Part shown: positions 1 to 8,336 of the stretch, piece by piece
Layout of the letters: each line of letters begins with the position of its first letter
Numbering within the stretch: the first letter of the stretch is position 1
NCBI GenBank assembly: GCA_029564175.1
Contig: JAKQQL010000365.1
Span: 1 to 37,101, forward strand
Length of the DNA: 37,101 nt
Direction of reading: 5' to 3'
Source: Candidatus Cloacimonadota bacterium
Lineage (GTDB): Bacteria; Cloacimonadota; Cloacimonadia; Cloacimonadales; WRIO01
The notes under the pieces: model-generated
Database searches by the model: none
Told to the model about the DNA's origin: nothing
What the model saw: the letters and a program-made list of their open reading frames with translations, nothing else
Translations under genes and position numbers: made by a program

Positions 1-1
1 C

Positions 2-52
2 CCTCTGACTGATATAATTGCCTATCCTCATCCTGATAAGGTAAAGAAATAG
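2..52 (+). CDS. possible 3' end of a gene entering from the left (PLTDIIAYPHPDKVKK*)
   Basis: Open frame from the window edge to TAG at 50-52; too short to identify. Confidence 0.35.
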   Translation, partial: PLTDIIAYPHPDKVKK

Positions 53-141
53 AGTTAAGACGTCTTATTCTTCACTGAGAATCTGTAAAGACTTAGAAAT
101 AATAGTCTTTTAATACAAAAGTGCTTTATAAAAAAAAACTA

Positions 142-169
142 TTGACAAGAAATGCCGGAAATTTATTAT
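142..169 (+). promoter_or_regulatory. candidate sigma70-type promoter
   Basis: TTGACA (142-147), 16 nt, TATTAT (164-169), upstream of AAGGAG RBS and ATG at 199. Confidence 0.45.
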
Positions 170-198
170 ATCTTTATCTAATGATAAAGGAGTATTGT

Positions 199-1497
199 AT
201 GAAAACAAGAGTTTGTTTATTATCTATTTTCCTGGTGTTGTCTATATCTTTGCTAACAGCAACAGATTTAGGGATAATTTTATATAATTTCAATTTGTTT
301 GATGATTACAGTCAGGCAAATACTGATGCAAAAAGTACCGCTTTAGGCCATACAAGATTATCCAATTCAGTTGGTGCATTTAATCTTTTTAATAATCCTT
401 CTTTATTACCAGAGATGAAAAAAAAAGAAATAGGTGTCAGTACCAAACATGCTGTTTATACTATTGTTAGTAAATCAAATTATAATATTCCTGCAGATTA
501 TAAATCAAAAAATGAGTTAAGAAATGGATTTTGTTTTACTCCGATTGCTTTTACGATGCCTTTTAAGATGAAAGATTATCAAATGGGTTGGGGCATTGGG
601 CAAAGACAACTGTACGATTATGATTTAAATTTAAAGGAAAAATATAATCAATATATGATAAATCAGTACTTTTCTGGTGGCATATCAGTGTTTACAGGCG
701 GATTAGGATGTAAGGTGATGGATCATTTGTCAGTTGGTTTAAATCTAAATTATGGGAAAAATACCAAGCAGAAATATCATCTTGATTATTATGATGGACT
801 GGGTGGGAGTACAAACTATAAATCCAAAGCCGATATTTTCTTCTATATGCTCAGTAGTACCTATCAATTAGAGAATCAGCAATTCGCTGTAAGCATAACA
901 CCGAATCACCGGATAAAATATAAGAATGACTTCATTCAGAAACAGTATGGATATTATGATCTTGTCAGTAAACATGAATTTGAAGTGAATATTCCCCTAC
1001 AATTTGAAATGGCAATAAAGTCGAAACTCTATCAAAAATTATGGCTGACAGCTGAATATAAAAACAAAGCCCTCAGTGAAGTAACCATTGACAATGGAAA
1101 TAACTTATATTGTTATCTTTTTGAAGAAGAGGATCAAATTGTAATGACAGATCCTAAAAATGGTAATGAGATTAATCTTGGTCTGGAACTGCAAACAAAA
1201 GTGCCGCTTAGAATAGGATTCTATTCAGCTTCTGTGCCTGTATTCGAACATCAGTATATTAGCTCTGATTTAGTTAAAAGGAAAGAAACTCCTTTAAGAA
1301 AAACCGGGTTTACATATGGGTTAGGATTTAATTATCATAAAGTAATATTTGATTTATCAGCTGATTTCAGTAGTGTTGATTACGATGAGAGAAGAGCACG
1401 TTATAATTCAAGTCTTCAGGGTTATGATGGATACTATATTCTTAAAAAATCATTGGATGTTTCAGAGTATATGGTATCTGCAAGATATTCGTTTTAA
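199..1497 (+). CDS. outer-membrane beta-barrel protein, FadL/TodX/PorV-like
   Basis: Signal peptide MKTRVCLLSIFLV..., 'AKSTALG...FNNPSLL' motif typical of FadL/PorV N-termini, amphipathic strands, C-terminal YSF. Start moved to ATG 199 behind AAGGAG. Confidence 0.7.
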   Translation: MKTRVCLLSIFLVLSISLLTATDLGIILYNFNLFDDYSQANTDAKSTALGHTRLSNSVGAFNLFNNPSLLPEMKKKEIGVSTKHAVYTIVSKSNYNIPADYKSKNELRNGFCFTPIAFTMPFKMKDYQMGWGIGQRQLYDYDLNLKEKYNQYMINQYFSGGISVFTGGLGCKVMDHLSVGLNLNYGKNTKQKYHLDYYDGLGGSTNYKSKADIFFYMLSSTYQLENQQFAVSITPNHRIKYKNDFIQKQYGYYDLVSKHEFEVNIPLQFEMAIKSKLYQKLWLTAEYKNKALSEVTIDNGNNLYCYLFEEEDQIVMTDPKNGNEINLGLELQTKVPLRIGFYSASVPVFEHQYISSDLVKRKETPLRKTGFTYGLGFNYHKVIFDLSADFSSVDYDERRARYNSSLQGYDGYYILKKSLDVSEYMVSARYSF

Positions 1498-1525
1498 ATC
1501 AATTTCATCTGATTGGTTGAAATAG

Positions 1526-1572
1526 AGGACTGATTTTTACGATAAGTTCATTCGTAAGAATCAGTTCTTTTT
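1526..1572 (+). terminator. intrinsic terminator
   Basis: aggactgatttttacga / tcgtaagaatcagttct stem followed by a T-run. Confidence 0.65.
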
Positions 1573-1720
1573 TAAATTCTAATTTTTACTTGCCAAAAAA
1601 ACCATATTTCATATATTTATCCTCATGAATTGATCTTTGATAAATATTGAAATCATATATTTCAAAATACTGCAAATAATGATTCATAAAAATGTATGTG
1701 ATACAAAACCGGAGGTCTTG

Positions 1721-2182
1721 ATGACTGAAATGCATAGTAATATTGATCAGCTGATAGCAAAGTATCAGCATAAAAAAGGGGCATTGATACCCCTGCTTCA
1801 GGAGCTGCAAAATCTGGAAGGTTATCTCTCCAGAGAAAGCATGAAGTATGTCGCAAATCAGATGAAACTCAGAGTAGCTGATATTTACGGAGTTGCTACA
1901 TTCTACAGTATGTTTCGGCTTAAACCACAGGGTAAACACATTATCAGAGTGTGTAAAGGAACTGCCTGCCATGTCTCTGGTGCCAATAATATCTCAGCTG
2001 CAGTTCGTACTGCCCTGAACCTTGAAGGGGATGAAGATCAAACTGCTGATGGATTGTTTACCTTTATGGAAGTGGCTTGTCTGGGTTGTTGTAGTTTAGC
2101 GCCAGTCATAATGATTGATGACAAAACATTTGGTAAATTAACCAGCGAAAAGATACCAGGAATATTAAAGAATTTTAAATAG
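1721..2182 (+). CDS. NuoE/HydC/StnA-like thioredoxin-fold [2Fe-2S] subunit
   Basis: VATFYSMF, CKGTAC and CLGCC motifs; GGAGGT RBS before ATG 1721 (the ORF track over-extends to 1637). Confidence 0.92.
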   Translation: MTEMHSNIDQLIAKYQHKKGALIPLLQELQNLEGYLSRESMKYVANQMKLRVADIYGVATFYSMFRLKPQGKHIIRVCKGTACHVSGANNISAAVRTALNLEGDEDQTADGLFTFMEVACLGCCSLAPVIMIDDKTFGKLTSEKIPGILKNFK

Positions 2183-2209
2183 TCGTGAGTAAACAAGCAT
2201 ACGTCTGTT

Positions 2210-2294
2210 GTAGTGATTTGCGAAATGAAGCGGAGCATTCCCCTCTTCCGGAGGGGTGGCACGGAGTGCCGGGGTGGTGTTAGCCGTAAATCCG
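2210..2294 (+). repeat. type-B GTAG hairpin repeat interrupted by a nested GC-rich hairpin element
   Basis: gtagtgatttgcgaaatgaag (2210-2230) and gccgtaaatccg (2283-2294) match the halves of copies at 20710, 20821 and 21109; the insert attcccctcttccggaggggtggcacgg... (2237-2279) matches 15261-15288. Confidence 0.75.
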
Positions 2295-2422
2295 CTATAA
2301 AATGACCCTGATTCATTGTCAGATATTTATGCAGATCACTTGGTGAAGTTGCTCACATTGAGTCAATCTTCATGTATTACCTCTCCAGAGTAGAGGAATT
2401 GCATTTGTAATAAGGAGAAGCT

Positions 2423-4258
2423 ATGCAAGAATGTATCATAAAGGTTGGAATGGCCAGTTGTGGTCGTGCCGCCGGAGCTGAAGAAATATATAAGCGTGCA
2501 GAAGAATATATCCAAAATAATCAGTTAAACTGTCGTTTAGTCAAAACCGCCTGTATCGGGATGTGTTACGATGAACCCCTGATGGAACTCATTATGCCGG
2601 ATATGCCGGCAATTACCTACGGCAGGATCAATGCCGAAGATGTGGCTGGTATTATCAATGGATATCTGACTAAGAAATTAGTAAAAGAGAATATTGTGTT
2701 AAGTAAAGTGAGTTCTGAGGATCTAAATAATCGTACTACAAGCATCCTGCTTGTAGAAAATGAGTTAGGCATCCATGCAGAAGAAAATGAAAGTTTGGAA
2801 AAACAAACCCGTATCGTTTTACGAAATTGCGGTATTATTGACCCTGAGTCTCTGGATGACTATATCAGCAGACAAGGCTATCAGGCACTTGAGAAGGCTT
2901 TAAAGGAAATGACGCCTGAACAGATTGTCGAAGAAATGCTACAATCCGGTTTAAGAGGTCGTGGCGGTGCCGGATTTCCTACCGGGTTAAAATGGAAACT
3001 GGCGATGAATTCACGTAAAGGTGAGAAGAAATATATCGTCTGTAATGCCGATGAGGGAGATCCGGGCGCTTTTATGGACAGAAGTGTACTGGAAGGTGAT
3101 CCACACTCAATTATTGAAGGGATGCTGATCGGCGCTTACGCCATTGGTGCAGATGAAGGCTATGTTTATGTAAGAGCTGAATATCCACTGGCGATCAAAC
3201 ATTTGAATGTAGCGATCGAATCAGCCTATCAAAGAAATCTGCTGGGTAAAAATATATTAGGAACCTCATTCTCATTTGACCTGCATATCAAAGAAGGTGC
3301 TGGAGCTTTTGTTTGCGGAGAAGAGACTGCGCTTTTGGCTTCCATTGAAGGAAAACGCGGTATGCCGAATATTCGTCCGCCTTATCCGGCTGAATCCGGT
3401 CTCTTTGGTCAGCCAACCAATATCAACAATGTGGAAACCTTTGCCAATGTCGCCTGGATTATATTGAATGGTGCAGAGGCATTTGCAAGAATGGGTACAG
3501 ATAAATCAAAAGGCACTAAAGTATTTGCCCTTGCCGGAAAGATTAAAAAATCCGGTCTGATCGAAGTACCAATGGGGATACCACTCAAAGATGTGATTTA
3601 TGGTGTGGGTGGTGGCATGAAAACCAACAGCCCCTTTAAAGCTGTTCAGCTGGGTGGTCCATCCGGTGGCTGTGTACCTGCTGAATTGCTGGATACGCTT
3701 GTCGATTACGATTCCATCAATCAGACAGGTGCAATCATGGGTTCAGGCGGTATGGTGGTTATGGATGAAGAGACCTGTATTGTGGATGTGGCAAAGTTCT
3801 TTTTGAGTTTTACCCAAAAAGAATCCTGTGGTAAATGTACTTTCTGTCGTGTGGGTACCCGCCGAATGCTGGAAATACTGACCAGAATTACCGAAAGTAA
3901 GGGTAAGATGGAAGATATTCAGACCCTTGAGGATCTGGCTGAAAATATCACGAAGTCATCACTCTGCGGATTAGGTCAGACTGCTCCCAATCCGGTTTTG
4001 ACAACTTTAAAGTATTTCAGAAAAGAATATGAAGAACATATTTTGGATAAAAAGTGTCGTGCCGGTGTTTGTACTGCTTTAATAAAATATACCATAAAAG
4101 AAGATAAATGTGTGGGTTGTTCTGCGTGTGCCAGAGTATGCCCTGTTAAATGTATCACAGGTGAGATTAAGAAACCCTATTTCATACATCAGGATCAGTG
4201 TATTAAATGTGGGGCGTGCTACAATACCTGTAAATTCCAGGCGATTGTGAAAGAATAG
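2423..4258 (+). CDS. NuoF/HydB/StnB-like FMN/NAD-binding subunit
   Basis: GRGGAGFPTG, CNADEGDPGAFM, GAFVCGEET, GGPSGG, SCGKCTFCR and a C-terminal 2x[4Fe-4S] ferredoxin domain; AAGGAG RBS. Confidence 0.95.
   Translation: MQECIIKVGMASCGRAAGAEEIYKRAEEYIQNNQLNCRLVKTACIGMCYDEPLMELIMPDMPAITYGRINAEDVAGIINGYLTKKLVKENIVLSKVSSEDLNNRTTSILLVENELGIHAEENESLEKQTRIVLRNCGIIDPESLDDYISRQGYQALEKALKEMTPEQIVEEMLQSGLRGRGGAGFPTGLKWKLAMNSRKGEKKYIVCNADEGDPGAFMDRSVLEGDPHSIIEGMLIGAYAIGADEGYVYVRAEYPLAIKHLNVAIESAYQRNLLGKNILGTSFSFDLHIKEGAGAFVCGEETALLASIEGKRGMPNIRPPYPAESGLFGQPTNINNVETFANVAWIILNGAEAFARMGTDKSKGTKVFALAGKIKKSGLIEVPMGIPLKDVIYGVGGGMKTNSPFKAVQLGGPSGGCVPAELLDTLVDYDSINQTGAIMGSGGMVVMDEETCIVDVAKFFLSFTQKESCGKCTFCRVGTRRMLEILTRITESKGKMEDIQTLEDLAENITKSSLCGLGQTAPNPVLTTLKYFRKEYEEHILDKKCRAGVCTALIKYTIKEDKCVGCSACARVCPVKCITGEIKKPYFIHQDQCIKCGACYNTCKFQAIVKE
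2733..2756 (+). repeat. type-A REP-like palindrome, in frame inside the NuoF-like CDS
   Basis: gta-ctacaagca-tcc-tgcttgtag; 22/24 identical to the intergenic copy at 24601-24624. Confidence 0.85.
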
Positions 4259-4267
4259 GAGTGATCA

Positions 4268-7200
4268 ATGATTCAAATTAAAATAGATGGAAAAATGCTT
4301 CAGGCAAATGCAGGTCAGACTATTTTAGATGTTGCCAGAGAAAATAATATTGAAATTCCAACCCTGTGCCATGATCCGGAGCTCAATCCCTTTGGCTCAT
4401 GCTGGGTATGTGCTGTCAAAGTGGAAGGTAAAAAAGGTTTTGTAACTGCTTGTGGAACGCAGGTCTATGATAAAATGGAAATTGTAACAGATTCAGACGA
4501 AGTGATCAAAGCCCGTCAGATGGCTTTGGAACTCTTATTATCAGATCACTATGCGGATTGCGAAGCACCTTGCAAGATCGCCTGCCCGGACCATGTGGAT
4601 GTTCAGGCTTATGTGGCTGCAATTGCCAATAATGATTATCATCAGGCAGTAAAGATTATTAAACAGACTTTGCCCATGCCATTATCGATTGGTCGTGTTT
4701 GCCCTGCTTTTTGTGAAAAAGAATGCCGCAGGACTATTGTTGAAGGACCTGTTGCTATTCGTCAGTTGAAACGCTATGCGGCTGATTTGGATTTGAATGA
4801 TGTCTGGTCATGGATACCTGAAAAGGACGCACTTAAAGGCAAGAAAATTGCTGTAGTGGGTGCCGGACCTTCCGGATTAACCTGTGGCTATTACCTCTCC
4901 AATATGGGCTATGAGGTAGATGTTTTTGAATCTGCCCCACAACCAGGTGGCTGGTTAAGATATGGAATCCCTGAGTATCGTCTGCCAAAAGCAATTTTGG
5001 ATAAAGAAATAGATTTGATGTGTACCCATGGGATGAAAATTCACTGTAATGTCGAAATCGGTAAGGCAGACAGTAACGCAAGCTACCTGCTTGTGAAAGA
5101 AAACAGTAGCGCAAGCAACCTGCTTGCGAACAAAACATTCGGTCTTGCTCAATTAAGTAAAGATTACGATGCCGTTTATATGGCAATTGGCGCCCAAAAA
5201 GCCGTTGATATGCCGGTTAAAGGCAGTCATTTAAAAGGTTGCTATCTGGGAGTTGATTATCTGAAAGCAGTGGCTTTAGGCAATGCACCTGAAATCGGTA
5301 AACGCGTGGCAATTGTTGGCGGTGGCAATACAGCCATTGACTGTGCCAGAACTGCTAAGCGATTTGGTGCAGACGTTACGGTTATATACAGAAGAACCAG
5401 ACAGGAAATGCCTGCAGATGCCTTTGAAATAGATGCCGCTTATGAAGAAGGGATTAATTTCTATCTGCTGATGAATCCTGTAGAATATGTAGGACAAGCT
5501 ACCAGCTTGTTAAAAGAAAGTGTAGGACAAGCTACCAGCTTGTCACAAGAAAAACTCACGCACATTCGCATTGAAAAAATGGTACTGGGCGAACCGGATA
5601 AAAGTGGCAGAAGAAGCCCTAAAGCAACGGGTGAGTATATTACAGAACAATTTGATTCAGTGATTGCAGCCATATCACAGATTCCGGAAGTTCGATTCCT
5701 GGCTGAAGAAATCAATCAGATCGATCAGACCATTTTGCCTCTATCTAAATGGTCAACAATTGAAGCCGATGAAAATACCATGTACACCGGCATTGGCAAT
5801 ATCTTTGGCGGTGGTGATTTCCGAAGAGGACCAGCGACTGCTATTGAAGCGATTGCAGATGGCAGATTAGCAGCTGAAAATATTCATCAGTGGCTTGAAA
5901 AAGGGCAATTCAAAGCTGAACCTTTCCGCTTTGATTCTAAAAAAGAGAAAAAACTCAAAGAAGTCAATAAGAAAGAATATGAACAATATCCTGTTATTGA
6001 ACGGGTTAAGATGCCAGAAATGCATGCAGAAGAGAGAGTCACTAACTTCAGTGAAGTAGAGCTTGGTTTCTCACAGGAACAGGCAATGGAAGAAGCGAAG
6101 CGCTGTCTGGAATGTGGCTGTCAGGTGAATGAGACCTGTGCGCTCAGAAAATATGCCAGTGATTATATGATAGAAGATATGACACTCTTAGGCGATAAAA
6201 ACCGTCATCCGATTGATGACAGTCATCCGTTTATCAGAAGAGATGCCAACAAATGTATCAAGTGCGGTCGTTGTATCAGAATCTGCTCTGAAGTACAAGG
6301 TGCAGGTGTATTAGGGTATATCTATCGTGGTTTTACGACATTGGTTGCCCCTGAATTTGGTGAATCACTCACCACAACTACCTGCGAATCTTGCGGTAAA
6401 TGTATTGCAGTTTGCCCGGTAGGTGCACTGACAGAAAAACATACAGAAATGAAGATCAGTCATTTATCCGGTGATACCACATATCAGAATTGTGCAAATT
6501 GTGGTCTTGGCTGTAAGATAAAAGTGGATGTTTCGAATCAAAAGATTCGTATGATTTCACATCCGGATGAAAAAGAAGCTGATTTCAATGGCAGAAATCT
6601 TTGCTTTGATGGTCGCTTCGGCTGGCAGGTTTTTGCTCAGAAAGAAAGAATGACTGAACCGATGCTAAAAACAGATGGTAAATGGCAGGTTATTGATTAT
6701 AAAGAAGTTAAAAACATTCTGATGCAACAACTCCTGACTCATAAAGATCGTCATTTTTATATCAGTCCTCAAATGTCTCTGGAAGAACTGTTGATTGCTC
6801 ATAGCATTCAGACTGAACAAAAAGCCAGTGTCAGTACGCTTCATCATTACAGGGATTTTACAGACCAACTGATTAACACTAATTTTAGAAATCTGAGAGT
6901 CAGCCAATTAAAACAGGCTCATTATATTGTGATTGTGGGGGAGATTTCTCACACCCTGAGAACCTTATGTCGTTCTGCTCAACGAAAAGGTGCAAAATTG
7001 ATATTAGTTAATCCGGAAGAATCCAGATTCAACCAGTTTGCAGATGAGATCAGCCCAACACTTGAATCAGTTCAGATGGAATTGGATGCCAAGACTATCT
7101 TTATTTACAACCGTAATCATCTCAATGAAGATCAGGCGCTTACTGTATGGTCAAAAGCTTCTGAAATCTGTGACTTTGAAGGTGCTTCAGGTGTGATTGT

Positions 7201-7726
7201 CAGTTCCGTTTGGGCAAATCAGCACGGACTTGCGCTCTTTGATTTTCATCAGTCCTGCAAGAATGAAGAGGGTCTGCATTTTTACTGGAATACAGACATC
7301 CCTGAGTATCACAGCAATCATTGTTGCCAACTGCTGAAAGAAAGCTATAATGTCTGCATCTCATCATATTTTGATTTTAACAATCATTATGATCTGTTTA
7401 TTCCTGCGCCTTCTTACCTTGAGATGGATGCTTATGCGTTTGCCGATGACGGCCATTTAACTTTGTTTAACAACCCGTTAAAATCCAATCTTTTCTATAC
7501 GCTTCTGAATGTATTGTACGAAACAGGCATTATTCCGCCAACTCATGCAGAGCCAAGTCTGTGGAACAATAAAGCAGAAGAATTGATGAGTAAACGTGAA
7601 ATTAACTCATACGATGCAGAATGGTTAAAAGCTTTTCTGGGAAAAGTTGCTTTGAGTAATAAGCCTCAATACTCAGGTGATTTCAGAAAAACTAAAATCA
7701 ATGAGCTTTATTTAAAAACAAAATAA
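4268..7726 (+). CDS. StnC-like large subunit: [2Fe-2S] + GltD/NfnB-type FAD/NADPH domain + NuoG-like Fe-S clusters + degenerate molybdopterin-oxidoreductase fold
   Basis: PTLC..GSCWVC..TAC; CEAPCKIACP..CPAFCEKEC; GAGPSG; GGGNTAID..YRRTR; CLECGC; CIKCGRCIRIC; CESCGKCIAVCP; CANCGLGC..LCFDGRFG. No H-cluster motifs. Confidence 0.85.
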   Translation: MIQIKIDGKMLQANAGQTILDVARENNIEIPTLCHDPELNPFGSCWVCAVKVEGKKGFVTACGTQVYDKMEIVTDSDEVIKARQMALELLLSDHYADCEAPCKIACPDHVDVQAYVAAIANNDYHQAVKIIKQTLPMPLSIGRVCPAFCEKECRRTIVEGPVAIRQLKRYAADLDLNDVWSWIPEKDALKGKKIAVVGAGPSGLTCGYYLSNMGYEVDVFESAPQPGGWLRYGIPEYRLPKAILDKEIDLMCTHGMKIHCNVEIGKADSNASYLLVKENSSASNLLANKTFGLAQLSKDYDAVYMAIGAQKAVDMPVKGSHLKGCYLGVDYLKAVALGNAPEIGKRVAIVGGGNTAIDCARTAKRFGADVTVIYRRTRQEMPADAFEIDAAYEEGINFYLLMNPVEYVGQATSLLKESVGQATSLSQEKLTHIRIEKMVLGEPDKSGRRSPKATGEYITEQFDSVIAAISQIPEVRFLAEEINQIDQTILPLSKWSTIEADENTMYTGIGNIFGGGDFRRGPATAIEAIADGRLAAENIHQWLEKGQFKAEPFRFDSKKEKKLKEVNKKEYEQYPVIERVKMPEMHAEERVTNFSEVELGFSQEQAMEEAKRCLECGCQVNETCALRKYASDYMIEDMTLLGDKNRHPIDDSHPFIRRDANKCIKCGRCIRICSEVQGAGVLGYIYRGFTTLVAPEFGESLTTTTCESCGKCIAVCPVGALTEKHTEMKISHLSGDTTYQNCANCGLGCKIKVDVSNQKIRMISHPDEKEADFNGRNLCFDGRFGWQVFAQKERMTEPMLKTDGKWQVIDYKEVKNILMQQLLTHKDRHFYISPQMSLEELLIAHSIQTEQKASVSTLHHYRDFTDQLINTNFRNLRVSQLKQAHYIVIVGEISHTLRTLCRSAQRKGAKLILVNPEESRFNQFADEISPTLESVQMELDAKTIFIYNRNHLNEDQALTVWSKASEICDFEGASGVIVSSVWANQHGLALFDFHQSCKNEEGLHFYWNTDIPEYHSNHCCQLLKESYNVCISSYFDFNNHYDLFIPAPSYLEMDAYAFADDGHLTLFNNPLKSNLFYTLLNVLYETGIIPPTHAEPSLWNNKAEELMSKREINSYDAEWLKAFLGKVALSNKPQYSGDFRKTKINELYLKTK
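5073..5128 (+). repeat. tandem pair of type-A REP-like palindromes, in frame in CDS
   Basis: gtaacgcaagctacctgcttgtg (5073-5095) and gtagcgcaagcaacctgcttgcg (5106-5128), 33-nt period; near-identical to intergenic 15294-15316. Confidence 0.88.
5489..5544 (+). repeat. second tandem pair of type-A REP-like palindromes, in frame in CDS
   Basis: gtaggacaagctaccagcttgt at 5489 and 5522, 33-nt period; encodes VGQATSL twice. Confidence 0.9.
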
Positions 7727-7733
7727 AAATACT

Positions 7734-7784
7734 GCCTGTAGGGAAGACTATCTGTTGTAAGAAACTTTCCTGCAGGCTTTTTTT
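7734..7784. terminator. intrinsic terminator between convergent genes
   Basis: gcctgtagggaag / ctttcctgcaggc stem followed by a T-run. Confidence 0.7.
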
Positions 7785-7808
7785 ATTGAAAAAATATAAG
7801 GGTTTTAT

Positions 7809-8147
7809 CTATTTAAACACAAAATAGACCGCTCCCAATATGCAAAAGCCTGCCCACAGATAATTCCAGTTGAGCGGTTTATGCATATAGAAAATTGAAA
7901 ATGGGATAAAAACAGTCAGCGTAATCACTTCCTGAAGTATCTTGAGCTGAGCCAGGCTTAAAGCCTGATAGCCTAAGCGATTGGCTGGCACCTGAATCAG
8001 ATACTCAAACAAGGCAATTGCCCAACTGATCAAAGCAGCAATATACCAGGCTTTGTGTTGAAGATTTTTCAGATGCCCATACCATGCGAAGAGCATAAAT
8101 ACATTAGAGAGAATAAGTAAACCGATTGTTCTTAATATAACTGACAT
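7809..8147 (-). CDS. DMT-superfamily small membrane protein (DUF486-like)
   Basis: SNVFMLFAWYGHLK, SWAIALFEY..QVPANRLG, QLKILQEVITL motifs; GAGGTG RBS before ATG 8147. Confidence 0.88.
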   Translation of the reverse strand: MSVILRTIGLLILSNVFMLFAWYGHLKNLQHKAWYIAALISWAIALFEYLIQVPANRLGYQALSLAQLKILQEVITLTVFIPFSIFYMHKPLNWNYLWAGFCILGAVYFVFK

Positions 8148-8263
8148 AATCACCTCGTTCATTTAATCAGGGCGATTTTATCATATTAAAAAATTTGTAA
8201 ACTTTTTTTTGACTTTTGAGTTAAAATAGTGTAAGGTGGATGTTATGGATTTGTTAATATATT

Positions 8264-8286
8264 GTAACTCAAGCTACCAGCTTGTG
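8264..8286 (+). repeat. type-A REP-like palindrome
   Basis: gtaactcaagctaccagcttgtg. Confidence 0.75.
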
Positions 8287-8336
8287 AATAGAATAAATAA
8301 GAATTTCAGACGATTGACTATCAAAAGGAGTTAATA

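Noticed and set aside
1586..1972. Antisense 128-aa ORF
   Set aside because: Overlaps the well-supported NuoE-like gene on the opposite strand.
4268..7726. [FeFe]-hydrogenase, formate dehydrogenase or complex I NuoG
   Set aside because: No H-cluster motifs; molybdopterin-like region is short and degenerate; GltD-type domain present; no membrane Nuo genes.
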